From assembly GCF_000011805.1 (NCBI RefSeq), contig NC_006840.2: DNA of 32,000 nucleotides; one strand, 5' to 3'. The DNA comes from Aliivibrio fischeri ES114. Lineage in GTDB: Bacteria; Pseudomonadota; Gammaproteobacteria; Enterobacterales; Vibrionaceae. The notes beneath the pieces were generated by a model. The model was not told where the DNA came from and did not search any database. It saw only the letters and a list, made by a program, of their open reading frames with translations. The position numbers and the translations under genes are program-made. Below are positions 9,381 through 18,590 of this stretch, piece by piece (the stretch's first letter is position 1; every line of letters starts with the position of its first letter).

Positions 9381-9426
9381 AGATATACACAGGGGAAAGT
9401 ACCTTTAGACTTCATTACTATATTGT

Positions 9427-9657
9427 TTAGTTTCGACTGGTTCTGACTCTCATAGCCCAGTACGAAGATTCTTTTTCAAAATAGACTTTAGGGTTGTCAG
9501 CGATAGATTTAAACGGGAATTTTTTACTGGAAGATATCAATATTTTCTCAGTCAAATCTGCATTGCATAAATATAGGCTACCATTGAAACTACGAACATT
9601 TAGCTGATGGTTTTCAGGCTCAGTATTTTTTAAAACAAAATTCGGTGCAAAAACAAG
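9427..9657 (-). pseudogene. Possible gene remnant, 76 open codons without a start
   Basis: Reverse frame LVFAPNFVLKNTEPENHQLNVRSFNGSLYLCNADLTEKILISSSKKFPFKSIADNPKVYFEKESSYWAMRVRTSRN*; directly preceded by ATG-TGA (9663-9658). Confidence 0.35.
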
Positions 9658-9687
9658 TCACATTGATAAAAATTTTAATCAAAAAAC

Positions 9688-11265
9688 CTACAGCCCCTCA
9701 ATTTCCAATAGCAACAATTTCGCTTTATCTAAGATAACTTGCTGCTGTTCTTCTGATTTTTTATTCCAATTTGCATAGACCATTCTGGTGCGTGGATTGT
9801 TATTAAACTGCTCAATATGTGTATGCATAAAGTGCCAATATAGTGCATTTAGTGGGCATGCTTTTGGTTCAGTTATTTGCTTCACGTTATAGTGACAATC
9901 GGAGCAATAATCACTCATTTTATTCACGTAGTTACCACTGGCAGCGTAAGCCTTAGAGGCAACAATACCACCATCTGCAAACTGGCTCATGCCACGAGTA
10001 TTTGGCATTTCAACCCACTCGATTGCGTCGATATAAATCCCTAAATACCACTCATCTACTTCGTCAGGTTTAATACCCGTTAATAGACAAAAATTACCCG
10101 TGGTCATCAAACGTTGAATATGGTGTGCGTAGGCGAAATCAAGAGACTGCTGTATCGCATGATGCATACAATTCATTTTTGTTTTCCCTGTCCAAAACCA
10201 ACTTGGTAATGATCGTGACGCTTCAAGTTTATTTAGGTTTTGGTAATCAGGCATATTGCGCCAGTAGATCCCTCGAACAAACTCTCTCCACCCTAGAATT
10301 TGACGAACAAAACCTTCTATCTGAGCAATATCTATGGCATCTTGGCGTTGATTAAATTCCGTAATAGCAGCATCAATCACTTTCATAGGACTGAGTATTT
10401 TTGCATTAAGAGCAAAGGATAAACGGCTATGAAACAAGCTCCATTCTTTCTGCGTGAGCATATCATCAAGTTTACATGTCATAGCATCTTGAAACTTCCC
10501 AAACAACGGTAAGCAATAGCGACAGAAAAACACTAATAACTCATTTGCCTGCTGCCGATTTACAGGCCACAACAGTTGGTTATTCGCTTGTCCAATCATC
10601 GACACATTATGACGTTCTAGACGCTTAAGAATATCAGTGACATCGTTAGCGAATAATAAAGGCGTGGGCACACTGTCAAACTCGCTCGGCTTTAATTTGT
10701 TTTGATTTGCACTATCAAAGTTCCACTTGCCTGCAACGGGTTCTCCCTCTTCCATCAGTATATTAAAGCGCTTTCTCATCTTACGGTAAAAAGGTTCCAT
10801 GCGATGATGATGGTTCGGCTTAAACTCTTTTTCAATTTGTGTTTCAGATAGAAAGAAGTGTTCACTTTCATAAACTTGAGAAGATATTGATAATGACAAG
10901 CAATAGCGCTCTAGTGTGCTACGTAAACGGTATTCGTCAGGGAGTTGATACTCAAAATGGGTAATATGGTGTTCAGCAATAAGGTGATTTAATAGATCGT
11001 CGATTCTTTCAAATGGCTTTGTATCGTCCAAGGTTAAGTGCATCACTCGATGCCCAGCACTTTCTAATGCTGTTGCAAATTGGGTCATCGCAGCAAAAAA
11101 AGCACACACTTTTTGAACATGGTGTTTTACATAGGCGGTTTCTTGTTGCATTTCTGCAATCACGTAAATCGTTTGTGGATCGGTGTGTTGAAACCATGAA
11201 TGGCTGGCATTTAATTGGTCACCTAAAATGAGTCGTAAGCGGTCAGCGGTGGCATTCATAATCAT
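9688..11265 (-). CDS. Deoxyribodipyrimidine photolyase-related protein (FeS-BCP/CryPro-type photolyase/cryptochrome)
   Basis: LRLILGDQLNASHSWF N-terminus; FVRQILGWREFVRGIYW; CSDCHYNVKQITEPKACPLNALYW plus KMNCMHHAI supply the Cys set expected for the 4Fe-4S cluster. Start may be 11259. Confidence 0.9.
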   Translation of the reverse strand: MIMNATADRLRLILGDQLNASHSWFQHTDPQTIYVIAEMQQETAYVKHHVQKVCAFFAAMTQFATALESAGHRVMHLTLDDTKPFERIDDLLNHLIAEHHITHFEYQLPDEYRLRSTLERYCLSLSISSQVYESEHFFLSETQIEKEFKPNHHHRMEPFYRKMRKRFNILMEEGEPVAGKWNFDSANQNKLKPSEFDSVPTPLLFANDVTDILKRLERHNVSMIGQANNQLLWPVNRQQANELLVFFCRYCLPLFGKFQDAMTCKLDDMLTQKEWSLFHSRLSFALNAKILSPMKVIDAAITEFNQRQDAIDIAQIEGFVRQILGWREFVRGIYWRNMPDYQNLNKLEASRSLPSWFWTGKTKMNCMHHAIQQSLDFAYAHHIQRLMTTGNFCLLTGIKPDEVDEWYLGIYIDAIEWVEMPNTRGMSQFADGGIVASKAYAASGNYVNKMSDYCSDCHYNVKQITEPKACPLNALYWHFMHTHIEQFNNNPRTRMVYANWNKKSEEQQQVILDKAKLLLLEIEGL

Positions 11266-11296
11266 CCTCTATCTTAAATCTTCATGTGTGGATTTG

Positions 11297-11437
11297 TTAT
11301 TCACTTTGATGTCGTGAAGACCGACAACGCTTGGAGCAATATTTAACCATTGGCCAGTCTCGCTCCCATTTCTTTCGCCAACGAAATGGTCTCTGGCAAA
11401 CAACGCATAGCTTTTCTGGCAACTGTGATTTTTTCAT
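11297..11437 (-). CDS. DUF2256 family protein
   Basis: MKKSQLPEKLCVVCQRPFRWRKKWERDWPMVKYCSKRCRSSRHQSE; CxxC...CxxxC pattern. Internal Met chosen over the track start at 11482. Confidence 0.85.
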   Translation of the reverse strand: MKKSQLPEKLCVVCQRPFRWRKKWERDWPMVKYCSKRCRSSRHQSE

Positions 11438-11646
11438 GTTGCTCCCCATAACGTCATCGCTCGCTACTAAGAACCGAATCATTACCGACCTACAGAGAAA
11501 TTACGCAGGAAAGCACTTTGTGGTTCACAAAAAGATCAACTAATTCAAACTAGTTAATCGAAATGGTGATCTAGGTATAGGGCAAACTCGTAGTTAGTTT
11601 AGTAATAAAAAAGTACTTTTATTTGTATACGAACGAGGTGTTACAT

Positions 11647-11922
11647 ATGGATAACAAACTGACGATTAAAGAATTTCTTAGAGTATTTGATTGCGTTCGT
11701 TCATCTGGAAAGTTACTGGATAATAGATATGTATTAGACGAGATATCCGCATGGCATGATTACGATGGGTATACCTGTTGGCTGGGCTATAAAGATGTGA
11801 CCGTCACGTTGATGTTTCATGGTTCACTTAAAATCGAATTCGACAAATCATCAAACTACTCTGATTTCACCAACCAATGTTTAGCAATGATCACAGCAAA
11901 TCATAGTGTAAAGGAAAGTTAA
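11647..11922 (+). CDS. Hypothetical protein
   Basis: MDNKLTIKEFLRVFDCVRSSGKLLDNRYVLDEISAWHDYDGYTCWLGYK...; GAGGTG SD-like upstream; start 11647 preferred over 11623; ends 1 nt before the next gene. Confidence 0.7.
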   Translation: MDNKLTIKEFLRVFDCVRSSGKLLDNRYVLDEISAWHDYDGYTCWLGYKDVTVTLMFHGSLKIEFDKSSNYSDFTNQCLAMITANHSVKES

Positions 11923-11923
11923 G

Positions 11924-12475
11924 ATGAATGACCAATATCTTGAAATTATTGAATTTACACAGCCTAACGAGCATCAAAAATGGTTAGCCATAAATGACAA
12001 CGTAATGGGTGGTATTTCCATTGGCCAACTTCACTACGATGGAAATACATGCCGATTTCAAGGTGAATTATCATTAGAAAACAATGGTGGTTTCAGCTCA
12101 ATCAAGCGCTCTATTGAATCTCTATCTAAAGAGGTAAACGCAATAGAACTCATGTTTACGGGTGATGGGCATACCTATCAATTAAGACTTACCACATGGA
12201 AGAATGGTGATCGCATTCAATACAAACACGATTTTGCCACCACTAAAGGAAAGCAGCAGAAAAAGACATTTCACTTACACAATTTTCAAGCTGTTTTTAG
12301 AGGGCGATTACTTAATCACGCTCCTGAACTCGTGGCGAACGATATCAAGCAAGTTGGCTTTCTCATTGCGAATAAACAAACATCACCCTTCGCTCTAGGT
12401 TTGACTCAAATTCAATTTAAAGCAATCAACAACGCTCCAACGCCTCAGTCCATTCTTCAATCCACTCGAGAATAA
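11924..12475 (+). CDS. CIA30-family (complex I intermediate-associated protein 30-like) protein
   Basis: WLAINDNVMGGISIGQL...FRGELSLENNGGFSSIKR...FRGR motifs typical of the family. Confidence 0.85.
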   Translation: MNDQYLEIIEFTQPNEHQKWLAINDNVMGGISIGQLHYDGNTCRFQGELSLENNGGFSSIKRSIESLSKEVNAIELMFTGDGHTYQLRLTTWKNGDRIQYKHDFATTKGKQQKKTFHLHNFQAVFRGRLLNHAPELVANDIKQVGFLIANKQTSPFALGLTQIQFKAINNAPTPQSILQSTRE

Positions 12476-13325
12476 ACCCAAACACTTCTGCATCTGGTTT
12501 TCCATAACAATAAAAAGCATTGAGGCCAAAAGAAAGATTGTTCCCAAGCTCTTTCAAATTGAGATCGACAAGTTCGCCTCTCTCTACGTATGGTGTCATG
12601 TAATGCCTTGGCATAATTGTCCAGCCATGTTGTTTTACTAACTCACACAACAGATCGTTATTACTAACGGTGTGCATTTTTGGGGAAACCTGAATCGACG
12701 CAAAATTCAGTTTTAAGGTCGCAAAGTTCTCGGTGACATATTGTGTCTCTAGCATCAGATTTTCGAGTCTTAAATCATCAATTAATGCCAAAGGTGAATT
12801 GACGCTTGCATAACAGCCAACTTGGATGGGTTTTATCGCTTTCCATGTAACTTCTTTCTCTGCAAACAGCTGTCCACGATACGGCATAATGGCAATATCA
12901 CACTCACCTTCTTGCAATTTATCCATTGCTTCCTGCCGAGTTCGGTGCTTCCAATTAATAATGATGTCTGAGTTATAATCCATCACACGGTTTTCAATGT
13001 GTGTAATTAAACTGAGCGGCGTGATCACATCATAGTAAATCGTAATGGTATGAACGTTAGAATCGTACAAGGCTTGACTTTGCACAAACAAAGAGCGATT
13101 TTGTTTTTCAACTAACTTAGCACGGTGATACAGCTGCTCGGCTTTCTCTGTGGGAATCGCTTTTCTGCCTTCTATCACAAACAATGAATACCCTAATAAG
13201 TCTTCATAGGTCACCACGTGTTCACGCACTGTGGTTCGAGATTTTTTAAGCTCTCGCGCTGCACTGCTGTATGATCCATGTTCATACACGGCAACAAAAG
13301 CGCTCACTTGCTCTAATGTATGCAT
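12426..13325 (-). CDS. LysR-family transcriptional regulator
   Basis: N-terminal HTH MHTLEQVSAFVAVYEHGSYSSAARELKKSRTTVREHV; substrate-binding-like C-terminus. Confidence 0.85.
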   Translation of the reverse strand: MHTLEQVSAFVAVYEHGSYSSAARELKKSRTTVREHVVTYEDLLGYSLFVIEGRKAIPTEKAEQLYHRAKLVEKQNRSLFVQSQALYDSNVHTITIYYDVITPLSLITHIENRVMDYNSDIIINWKHRTRQEAMDKLQEGECDIAIMPYRGQLFAEKEVTWKAIKPIQVGCYASVNSPLALIDDLRLENLMLETQYVTENFATLKLNFASIQVSPKMHTVSNNDLLCELVKQHGWTIMPRHYMTPYVERGELVDLNLKELGNNLSFGLNAFYCYGKPDAEVFGFILEWIEEWTEALERC

Positions 13326-13455
13326 TCAATCACTCCTTCGATTGTTATATACCCACCCAACTTGTTAGGCATACCCTATCATAATCGATTTCTTTGTTTT
13401 GGTATTCCATGAAAAAATCCTACTCAGTTCATAGTTTAAAATTTGAGAGGACATT

Positions 13456-15141
13456 ATGAAGACGTTCCCATTAAGTTTATTAGCAGGCTTTCTTGTTTCA
13501 CCTTTTGTATTAGCTTCTCCTGACCTGATTTTTACCAATGGTGACGTTATTACCGTGACGGGTGAATCTGATCGCGCTGAAGCCGTTGCAATAAAAGATG
13601 GCATCATTGTCGCTGTTGGCAATAACCAAGAGATCCTTAATCAAAAAGGCACCAATACCCAAATCAGAGATTTAAAAGGCAAAACTCTTGCGCCAGGGTT
13701 TATCGACAGTCACGGCCATTTTGCTCAATATCTTCCTTTAATTGAAAGTCCGTTCCTTTACCCTGCCCCAATGGGAGAGGTAAACTCGTTTGATGACATT
13801 AAACAGATAATGACGGACTACTTTAATCAACCAAATCTTGATACCAACAGCCTTCATGTGGCTTTTGGTTATGACGATGCCGAGCTAAAAGAAAAACAAC
13901 ATCCTACTAAACAGTTCTTTGATACCTTCAGTAAAGAATACCCTTTCTGTGCTGTGCATATATCAGGACACCTTGCGAGTTGTAACAGCAAAGGGCTCGA
14001 TTTCATTGGATTCACTAAGCAAAGCACGAACCCAGATGGTGGCGTATTGCGTCGTGATAATAATGGCGAACTCACTGGCGTTTTAGAAGAGTCTGCAATT
14101 TATCCGATTTTAGGAAACCTTCCTGAAATGACGCAAGAAGATGCTATCCGCCGTTTTGGTAAGGTTCAGGATTTATACGCCGGTTATGGCATTACCACCA
14201 CACAAGAAGGTTTAGCAACGCTTCCGGCGCTTAATGCGATGAAAACCATGGCAGAGCAAGATTTATTAAAAATTGACCTACTTGCTTATGCAAAATGGGT
14301 GGATTTAAAAGAAGCGGTAAAAGTCATGCCAATAAAATCATCCATTAATGGTTTAACACTCGCAGGGGTTAAAATGGTTGGTGATGGTTCACCACAAGGG
14401 AAAACCGCTTACCTTTCTACTCCCTATTTTGAGCCACCACACAGCCACGCTTATGATTACCACGGCTACCCAGTGTTAACCCAAGAGGAGATGAACCAAT
14501 GGGTAGATACCGCCTATCAAATGAATGCTCAGATCCTAAGCCACAGTAACGGCGATGCGTCGGCAGATATTCTATTAAATGCGGTAGAACTTGCTGATGC
14601 GAAATATGGCAAAGAAGATCGTCGAACTGTGGTGATCCATGCTCAAACCACACGTTTAGACCAGATAAAACGCATGAAGAAAAATGAGATGATCCCTTCT
14701 TTCTTCCCTACTCACACCTTCTTCTGGGGAGATTGGCATCGTGATTCCGTGTTAGGCCCTTGGCGTGCATCCAATATCTCACCTATGGGTTGGGCAAATT
14801 CAAATGATCTGATGTTTACCATTCACATGGACGCACCCGTACTATTTCCTGACATGATGACCAATATGTGGAGTGCAGTAAATCGTGTAACACGCAGTAA
14901 TCAAACCTTAGGTGAGCATCATAAAATCACGCCATATCAAGCGTTAGAAGCGATAACCATTAATGCGGCGTATCAGAACTTTGAAGAGAAAAGCAAAGGG
15001 TCTATTGAGGTTGGAAAACGTGCCGACTTGGTGATCTTAAATAATAACCTACTTGACGTTGACCCAATGAAGATAAAAGACATTCCGATTTTAGAAACGA
15101 TTAAAGATGGAAAAACAATATACGTAAACCAATCACTATAA
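13456..15141 (+). CDS. Amidohydrolase (YtcJ-like), probably exported
   Basis: Signal peptide MKTFPLSLLAGFLVSPFVLA; LAPGFIDSHGHFAQYLP; ALEAITINAAYQNFEEKSKGSIEVGKRADLVIL. Confidence 0.88.
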   Translation: MKTFPLSLLAGFLVSPFVLASPDLIFTNGDVITVTGESDRAEAVAIKDGIIVAVGNNQEILNQKGTNTQIRDLKGKTLAPGFIDSHGHFAQYLPLIESPFLYPAPMGEVNSFDDIKQIMTDYFNQPNLDTNSLHVAFGYDDAELKEKQHPTKQFFDTFSKEYPFCAVHISGHLASCNSKGLDFIGFTKQSTNPDGGVLRRDNNGELTGVLEESAIYPILGNLPEMTQEDAIRRFGKVQDLYAGYGITTTQEGLATLPALNAMKTMAEQDLLKIDLLAYAKWVDLKEAVKVMPIKSSINGLTLAGVKMVGDGSPQGKTAYLSTPYFEPPHSHAYDYHGYPVLTQEEMNQWVDTAYQMNAQILSHSNGDASADILLNAVELADAKYGKEDRRTVVIHAQTTRLDQIKRMKKNEMIPSFFPTHTFFWGDWHRDSVLGPWRASNISPMGWANSNDLMFTIHMDAPVLFPDMMTNMWSAVNRVTRSNQTLGEHHKITPYQALEAITINAAYQNFEEKSKGSIEVGKRADLVILNNNLLDVDPMKIKDIPILETIKDGKTIYVNQSL

Positions 15142-15161
15142 AAAGAAAATAACAACAAAGA

Positions 15162-15188
15162 AGCAGCTAAGGTTGGCTGCTTTTTTGT
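15162..15188 (+). terminator. Rho-independent terminator after amidohydrolase
   Basis: AGCAGCtaaggttgGCTGCTTTTTT. Confidence 0.75.
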
Positions 15189-15300
15189 AAATCTGCAAAT
15201 TCATCGTTACATCTCTTCTTATCTCTCCTTTTATCTTTACTTTTCTATCCCCCTCTCGCTACACTGTCGCCGCCTTTTTATTGTTAATAATTTTATATTT

Positions 15301-16287
15301 ATGATCCGTTCTGTTTTACTTGCTGTTGTTCTACTTTTTAGTTTCGCCGTTCATGCTGATTCTCTTGAAGATAAAGCGGAATCTGGTGATGCTCGTGCTC
15401 AATTAAAATTAGCAATGGAATACGAATCAGGTACTAACCGTCCTAAGAACATCGATTATTCTATTCAGTGGTATAAACAAGCAGCGATGCAAGACCTTAC
15501 CTCTGCGCAGTTTAACCTTGGGCAAATTTACAAAAATGGTTACGGGGTTGCTCAAGACATTAAACAAGCCATTTATTGGTTTACGCGTGCAGCTACGCAA
15601 AACCACCCACCTTCACAATTCTATTTAGGTGAGATTTACGAATACGGCCTTTCTGGTTCTGTTGATTTATATAACGCGTCTTTGTGGTACCAAATTGCGT
15701 CTCATAATGGTCATGGCGAAGCTATGCTTGGTTATGAGCGTGTACTTCAAGAAATTAAAGCGCAGCAAAAAGAAGAACAACTGAAATCAGCACAACAGCC
15801 TGAAGAGCCGAAAGTTGTCGAGCCAGAGCCAAAAACCATCATCATCACTCAGATGGAAAAACCAACGGCTCTAATTACTTTTGGCAGCTACCTGTTAATC
15901 GCCATTATGATTGTGGTGTTAGTTTTCTTAGTTTTACGTCTTAAACAGAGCATGAAACGAGCTAAAAATGACGATCCACTTAAAACCAGTTTCGCTAAAT
16001 CATTACAAAATGAAAAAATGAAGCAGCTGCAAGACAGTAATGACAAATTAAAGATCCGTGCAGATGCTCAAGAAGCCACAATTAAAAGACTAACTATTGA
16101 GCTAGATGGTAAGAAACCACTTTCACAGTTTACGCCACATCAATTATTAGGGGTAACTGTTGCCAGTGAGAGCAGCGAAATTAAAAAACAATACCGAAAA
16201 CTGGCTCAACTCCATCACCCTGACCACGGTGCAGATGGTGTGATGCTTGCTGAAATTAATAAGGCTTATAATTCAATTAAACGATAA
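15301..16287 (+). CDS. Sel1-repeat protein with transmembrane segment and C-terminal J domain
   Basis: Signal peptide; Sel1 repeats (AQFNLGQIYKNGYGVAQDIKQAIYWFTRAA); TM TFGSYLLIAIMIVVLVFLVLRL; J domain HQLLGVTVASESSEIKKQYRKLAQLHHPDHGAD. Confidence 0.88.
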   Translation: MIRSVLLAVVLLFSFAVHADSLEDKAESGDARAQLKLAMEYESGTNRPKNIDYSIQWYKQAAMQDLTSAQFNLGQIYKNGYGVAQDIKQAIYWFTRAATQNHPPSQFYLGEIYEYGLSGSVDLYNASLWYQIASHNGHGEAMLGYERVLQEIKAQQKEEQLKSAQQPEEPKVVEPEPKTIIITQMEKPTALITFGSYLLIAIMIVVLVFLVLRLKQSMKRAKNDDPLKTSFAKSLQNEKMKQLQDSNDKLKIRADAQEATIKRLTIELDGKKPLSQFTPHQLLGVTVASESSEIKKQYRKLAQLHHPDHGADGVMLAEINKAYNSIKR

Positions 16288-16423
16288 CGTACACGGAATA
16301 CGAGACTTAGACTTTACATATCATTCTTGTTCGGTATACTTCGCACCACTTTTATATGTTATCAAAATGTAACAACAATAATTTAACGTATAAATCTTAA
16401 TAGAATAAAGAGAAAGAAGTCTT

Positions 16424-16594
16424 ATGTTTAATTTAGAAGGTTATTGTGACTGGTGTCGAAAGCCAGCGATGGTTCTACAACATCAATACTGCGACGGTGC
16501 AAAATATTACGCCTGTGAACACTGCAACGATTACGCAAAAATCGATATCAGGCAGTATGATTTAGCAGAAATGGAAAAGATGAACCAGAAGTAA
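16424..16594 (+). CDS. Small Cys-rich (zinc-ribbon-like) protein, 56 aa, absent from ORF track
   Basis: MFNLEGYCDWCRKPAMVLQHQYCDGAKYYACEHCNDYAKIDIRQYDLAEMEKMNQK*; purine-rich SD agaaagaag upstream; terminator immediately after. Confidence 0.75.
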   Translation: MFNLEGYCDWCRKPAMVLQHQYCDGAKYYACEHCNDYAKIDIRQYDLAEMEKMNQK

Positions 16595-16599
16595 AAATA

Positions 16600-16632
16600 A
16601 AAATGCCGATGACGTTAATCATCGGCATTTTT
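16600..16632 (+). terminator. Terminator downstream of the 56-aa ORF, potentially bidirectional with aqpZ
   Basis: AAAATGCCGATGA-cgttaa-TCATCGGCATTTTT. Confidence 0.85.
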
Positions 16633-16657
16633 GTATGTGTTTATAATGAAACAGCGA

Positions 16658-17344
16658 TTATGATTCTTTCGCCATTACTTTATAGATAAGTGCACCAATT
16701 ACCGCACCTACAATCGGAGCAACCCAGAACAACCAAAGTTGTGATGTTGCCCAATCACCAACATAAACCGCTACTGCTGTACTACGAGCTGGGTTAACTG
16801 ATGTATTTGTTACAGGGATACTGATAAGGTGGATAAGTGTTAAACACAGACCAATTGCAATTGGAGCAAAACCTGCTGGAGCACGACTATCTGTTGCACC
16901 CATAATCACAATTAAGAACATTGCAGTTAGTACTACTTCTGTAATAAGTGCAGCTGTCATTGTGTAACCACCTGGAGAGTGTTCACCAAAACCATTTGAT
17001 GCAAAACCACCAGCTAGATCAAAACCTGCTTGACCGCTTGCGATTAGGTATAAAATACCACCTGCCGCAATACCACCAAGAACTTGAGATACGATGTATG
17101 GAACTAAGTCTTTAGCATCAAAACGGCCACCTACCCATAAACCAACTGATACTGCTGGGTTTAAGTGACAACCTGAAATGTGACCAATGGCAAACGCCAT
17201 GGTTAATACTGTTAGACCAAATGCCAGTGATACACCAACAAACCCGATACCAAGTTCAGGAAACGCTGCCGCCAGTACTGCACTACCACAACCACCCAGT
17301 ACAAGCCAAAATGTACCAATAAACTCTGCCATGTATTTATTCAT
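16658..17344 (-). CDS. aqpZ: Aquaporin Z
   Basis: [26 protein letters not shown]; NPA boxes [12 protein letters not shown] and NTSVNPARS; start 17344 chosen over 17407. Confidence 0.95.
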   Translation of the reverse strand: MNKYMAEFIGTFWLVLGGCGSAVLAAAFPELGIGFVGVSLAFGLTVLTMAFAIGHISGCHLNPAVSVGLWVGGRFDAKDLVPYIVSQVLGGIAAGGILYLIASGQAGFDLAGGFASNGFGEHSPGGYTMTAALITEVVLTAMFLIVIMGATDSRAPAGFAPIAIGLCLTLIHLISIPVTNTSVNPARSTAVAVYVGDWATSQLWLFWVAPIVGAVIGALIYKVMAKES

Positions 17345-17593
17345 AATTATTCCTATGTTGTTATGTCTTGATTTCAGTATTAATTTTTTATACGAACCAA
17401 GTTTCATTGAAAATAAATATAGGTGATGGTTAACAAATTAGACACTTAAATATTTCAATTTATTTCTGATTTTCATTTTTAAGACACAATTTTTAAAGAT
17501 AAAACACCTTCTAACGCTTAAATTACAATAACTTGCTTATAAAGCAGGCAAAATTCACTTCTGATTTTTTATTAACAATACCCCAAAAACAAC

Positions 17594-17619
17594 AAAAGCT
17601 TGGATTTCGCCAAGCTTTT
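17594..17619 (-). terminator. Terminator of the YceI-family gene
   Basis: Perfect stem AAAAGCTTGG-atttcg-CCAAGCTTTT; T-rich tract follows on the minus strand. Confidence 0.7.
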
Positions 17620-17637
17620 ATAAGAGTTAATCTCAGT

Positions 17638-18210
17638 TTATTTCTTAAATACCAGAGTTAATGATACGGGTACTCTGTCTGAGATTTTAATCCCACCAAC
17701 CGTTGCCGCAAGTTTGGTTAAGTTCTCACTTGGGATCCCAAAATCAGAAGCCCCTATAATGACCGCAGAAGAAGAACTAACCATCACACGATTCCCCTCT
17801 TCTAACACCACCACAGGAAAATTTATTGATTTGGTTTTTCCATATAACGTTACTTTCGCTGGGATCACTAGCTTTTTAGGACCACTAGATAATGCTGATA
17901 AATCAACTTTACCGCTGACTTCCACTTCTGGGTATTTCACCGATTCAAAGAACAGCTCATTTAATCGGTTATCTCGAATAGGAATGCCAGTGCTTATCCC
18001 TTTAAGATCGACATCGATAGTAAATTCACCGCTTTTGTTTAGTTCGCCAGATAACGTGTTTATCGTCGCTGGCTCTACAACAAATTGATTTTTGATTGTT
18101 GTAAAGCTAACAGAGGATAGTTCTGGCTCTAAAAGGTAGTTATCGGCAGCAAAAGAAGATGTAGAGATAAGAACTAAAGCAAAACTAAGAGATGATATTA
18201 TTTTTTTCAT
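17638..18210 (-). CDS. YceI-family periplasmic protein
   Basis: Signal peptide; YLLEPELSSVSFTTIKNQFVVEPATINTLSGELNKSGEFTIDVDLKGISTGIPIRDNRLNELFF. Confidence 0.85.
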   Translation of the reverse strand: MKKIISSLSFALVLISTSSFAADNYLLEPELSSVSFTTIKNQFVVEPATINTLSGELNKSGEFTIDVDLKGISTGIPIRDNRLNELFFESVKYPEVEVSGKVDLSALSSGPKKLVIPAKVTLYGKTKSINFPVVVLEEGNRVMVSSSSAVIIGASDFGIPSENLTKLAATVGGIKISDRVPVSLTLVFKK

Positions 18211-18590
18211 TATTGTTACCCTTATATTGAGTTATTGTTTTGGAGCAATCGAATAATACTCCGAATAAAATGAATCAAATAAAGAATTAAATCGATGACT
18301 TTGGCGAATTTTTTCAATGAGATTTTGTTCACAATTCAACCAATGTAAATGAACTATTTTTCTACCAATAAATATTAATAATTAATGGCATTAGATTGAT
18401 AAGCCGTATAACTCGGTCACTAGAATTACCTAACCTCTAATGTCAGTTTCTTGTCAAAACAAAGGAATAACATCGTAAAGAGATCTTAAGTAAGTATATT
18501 GACAGCATATTCATTACATTCTCACGCATAGCAAATTTTAATTAATATTAAAGAGAAGTATTCAGCATTTGATGCCATTTAAGAGTTTTC

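Noticed and set aside
11609-11620. AAAAGTACTTTT palindrome upstream of ORF 11647
   Set aside because: Short, AT-rich palindrome in an AT-rich genome; expected by chance without comparative support.
13365-13622. ORF 13365..13622 on the minus strand
   Set aside because: Overlaps the signal peptide and first motif of the amidohydrolase; translation looks like antisense of a coding gene.
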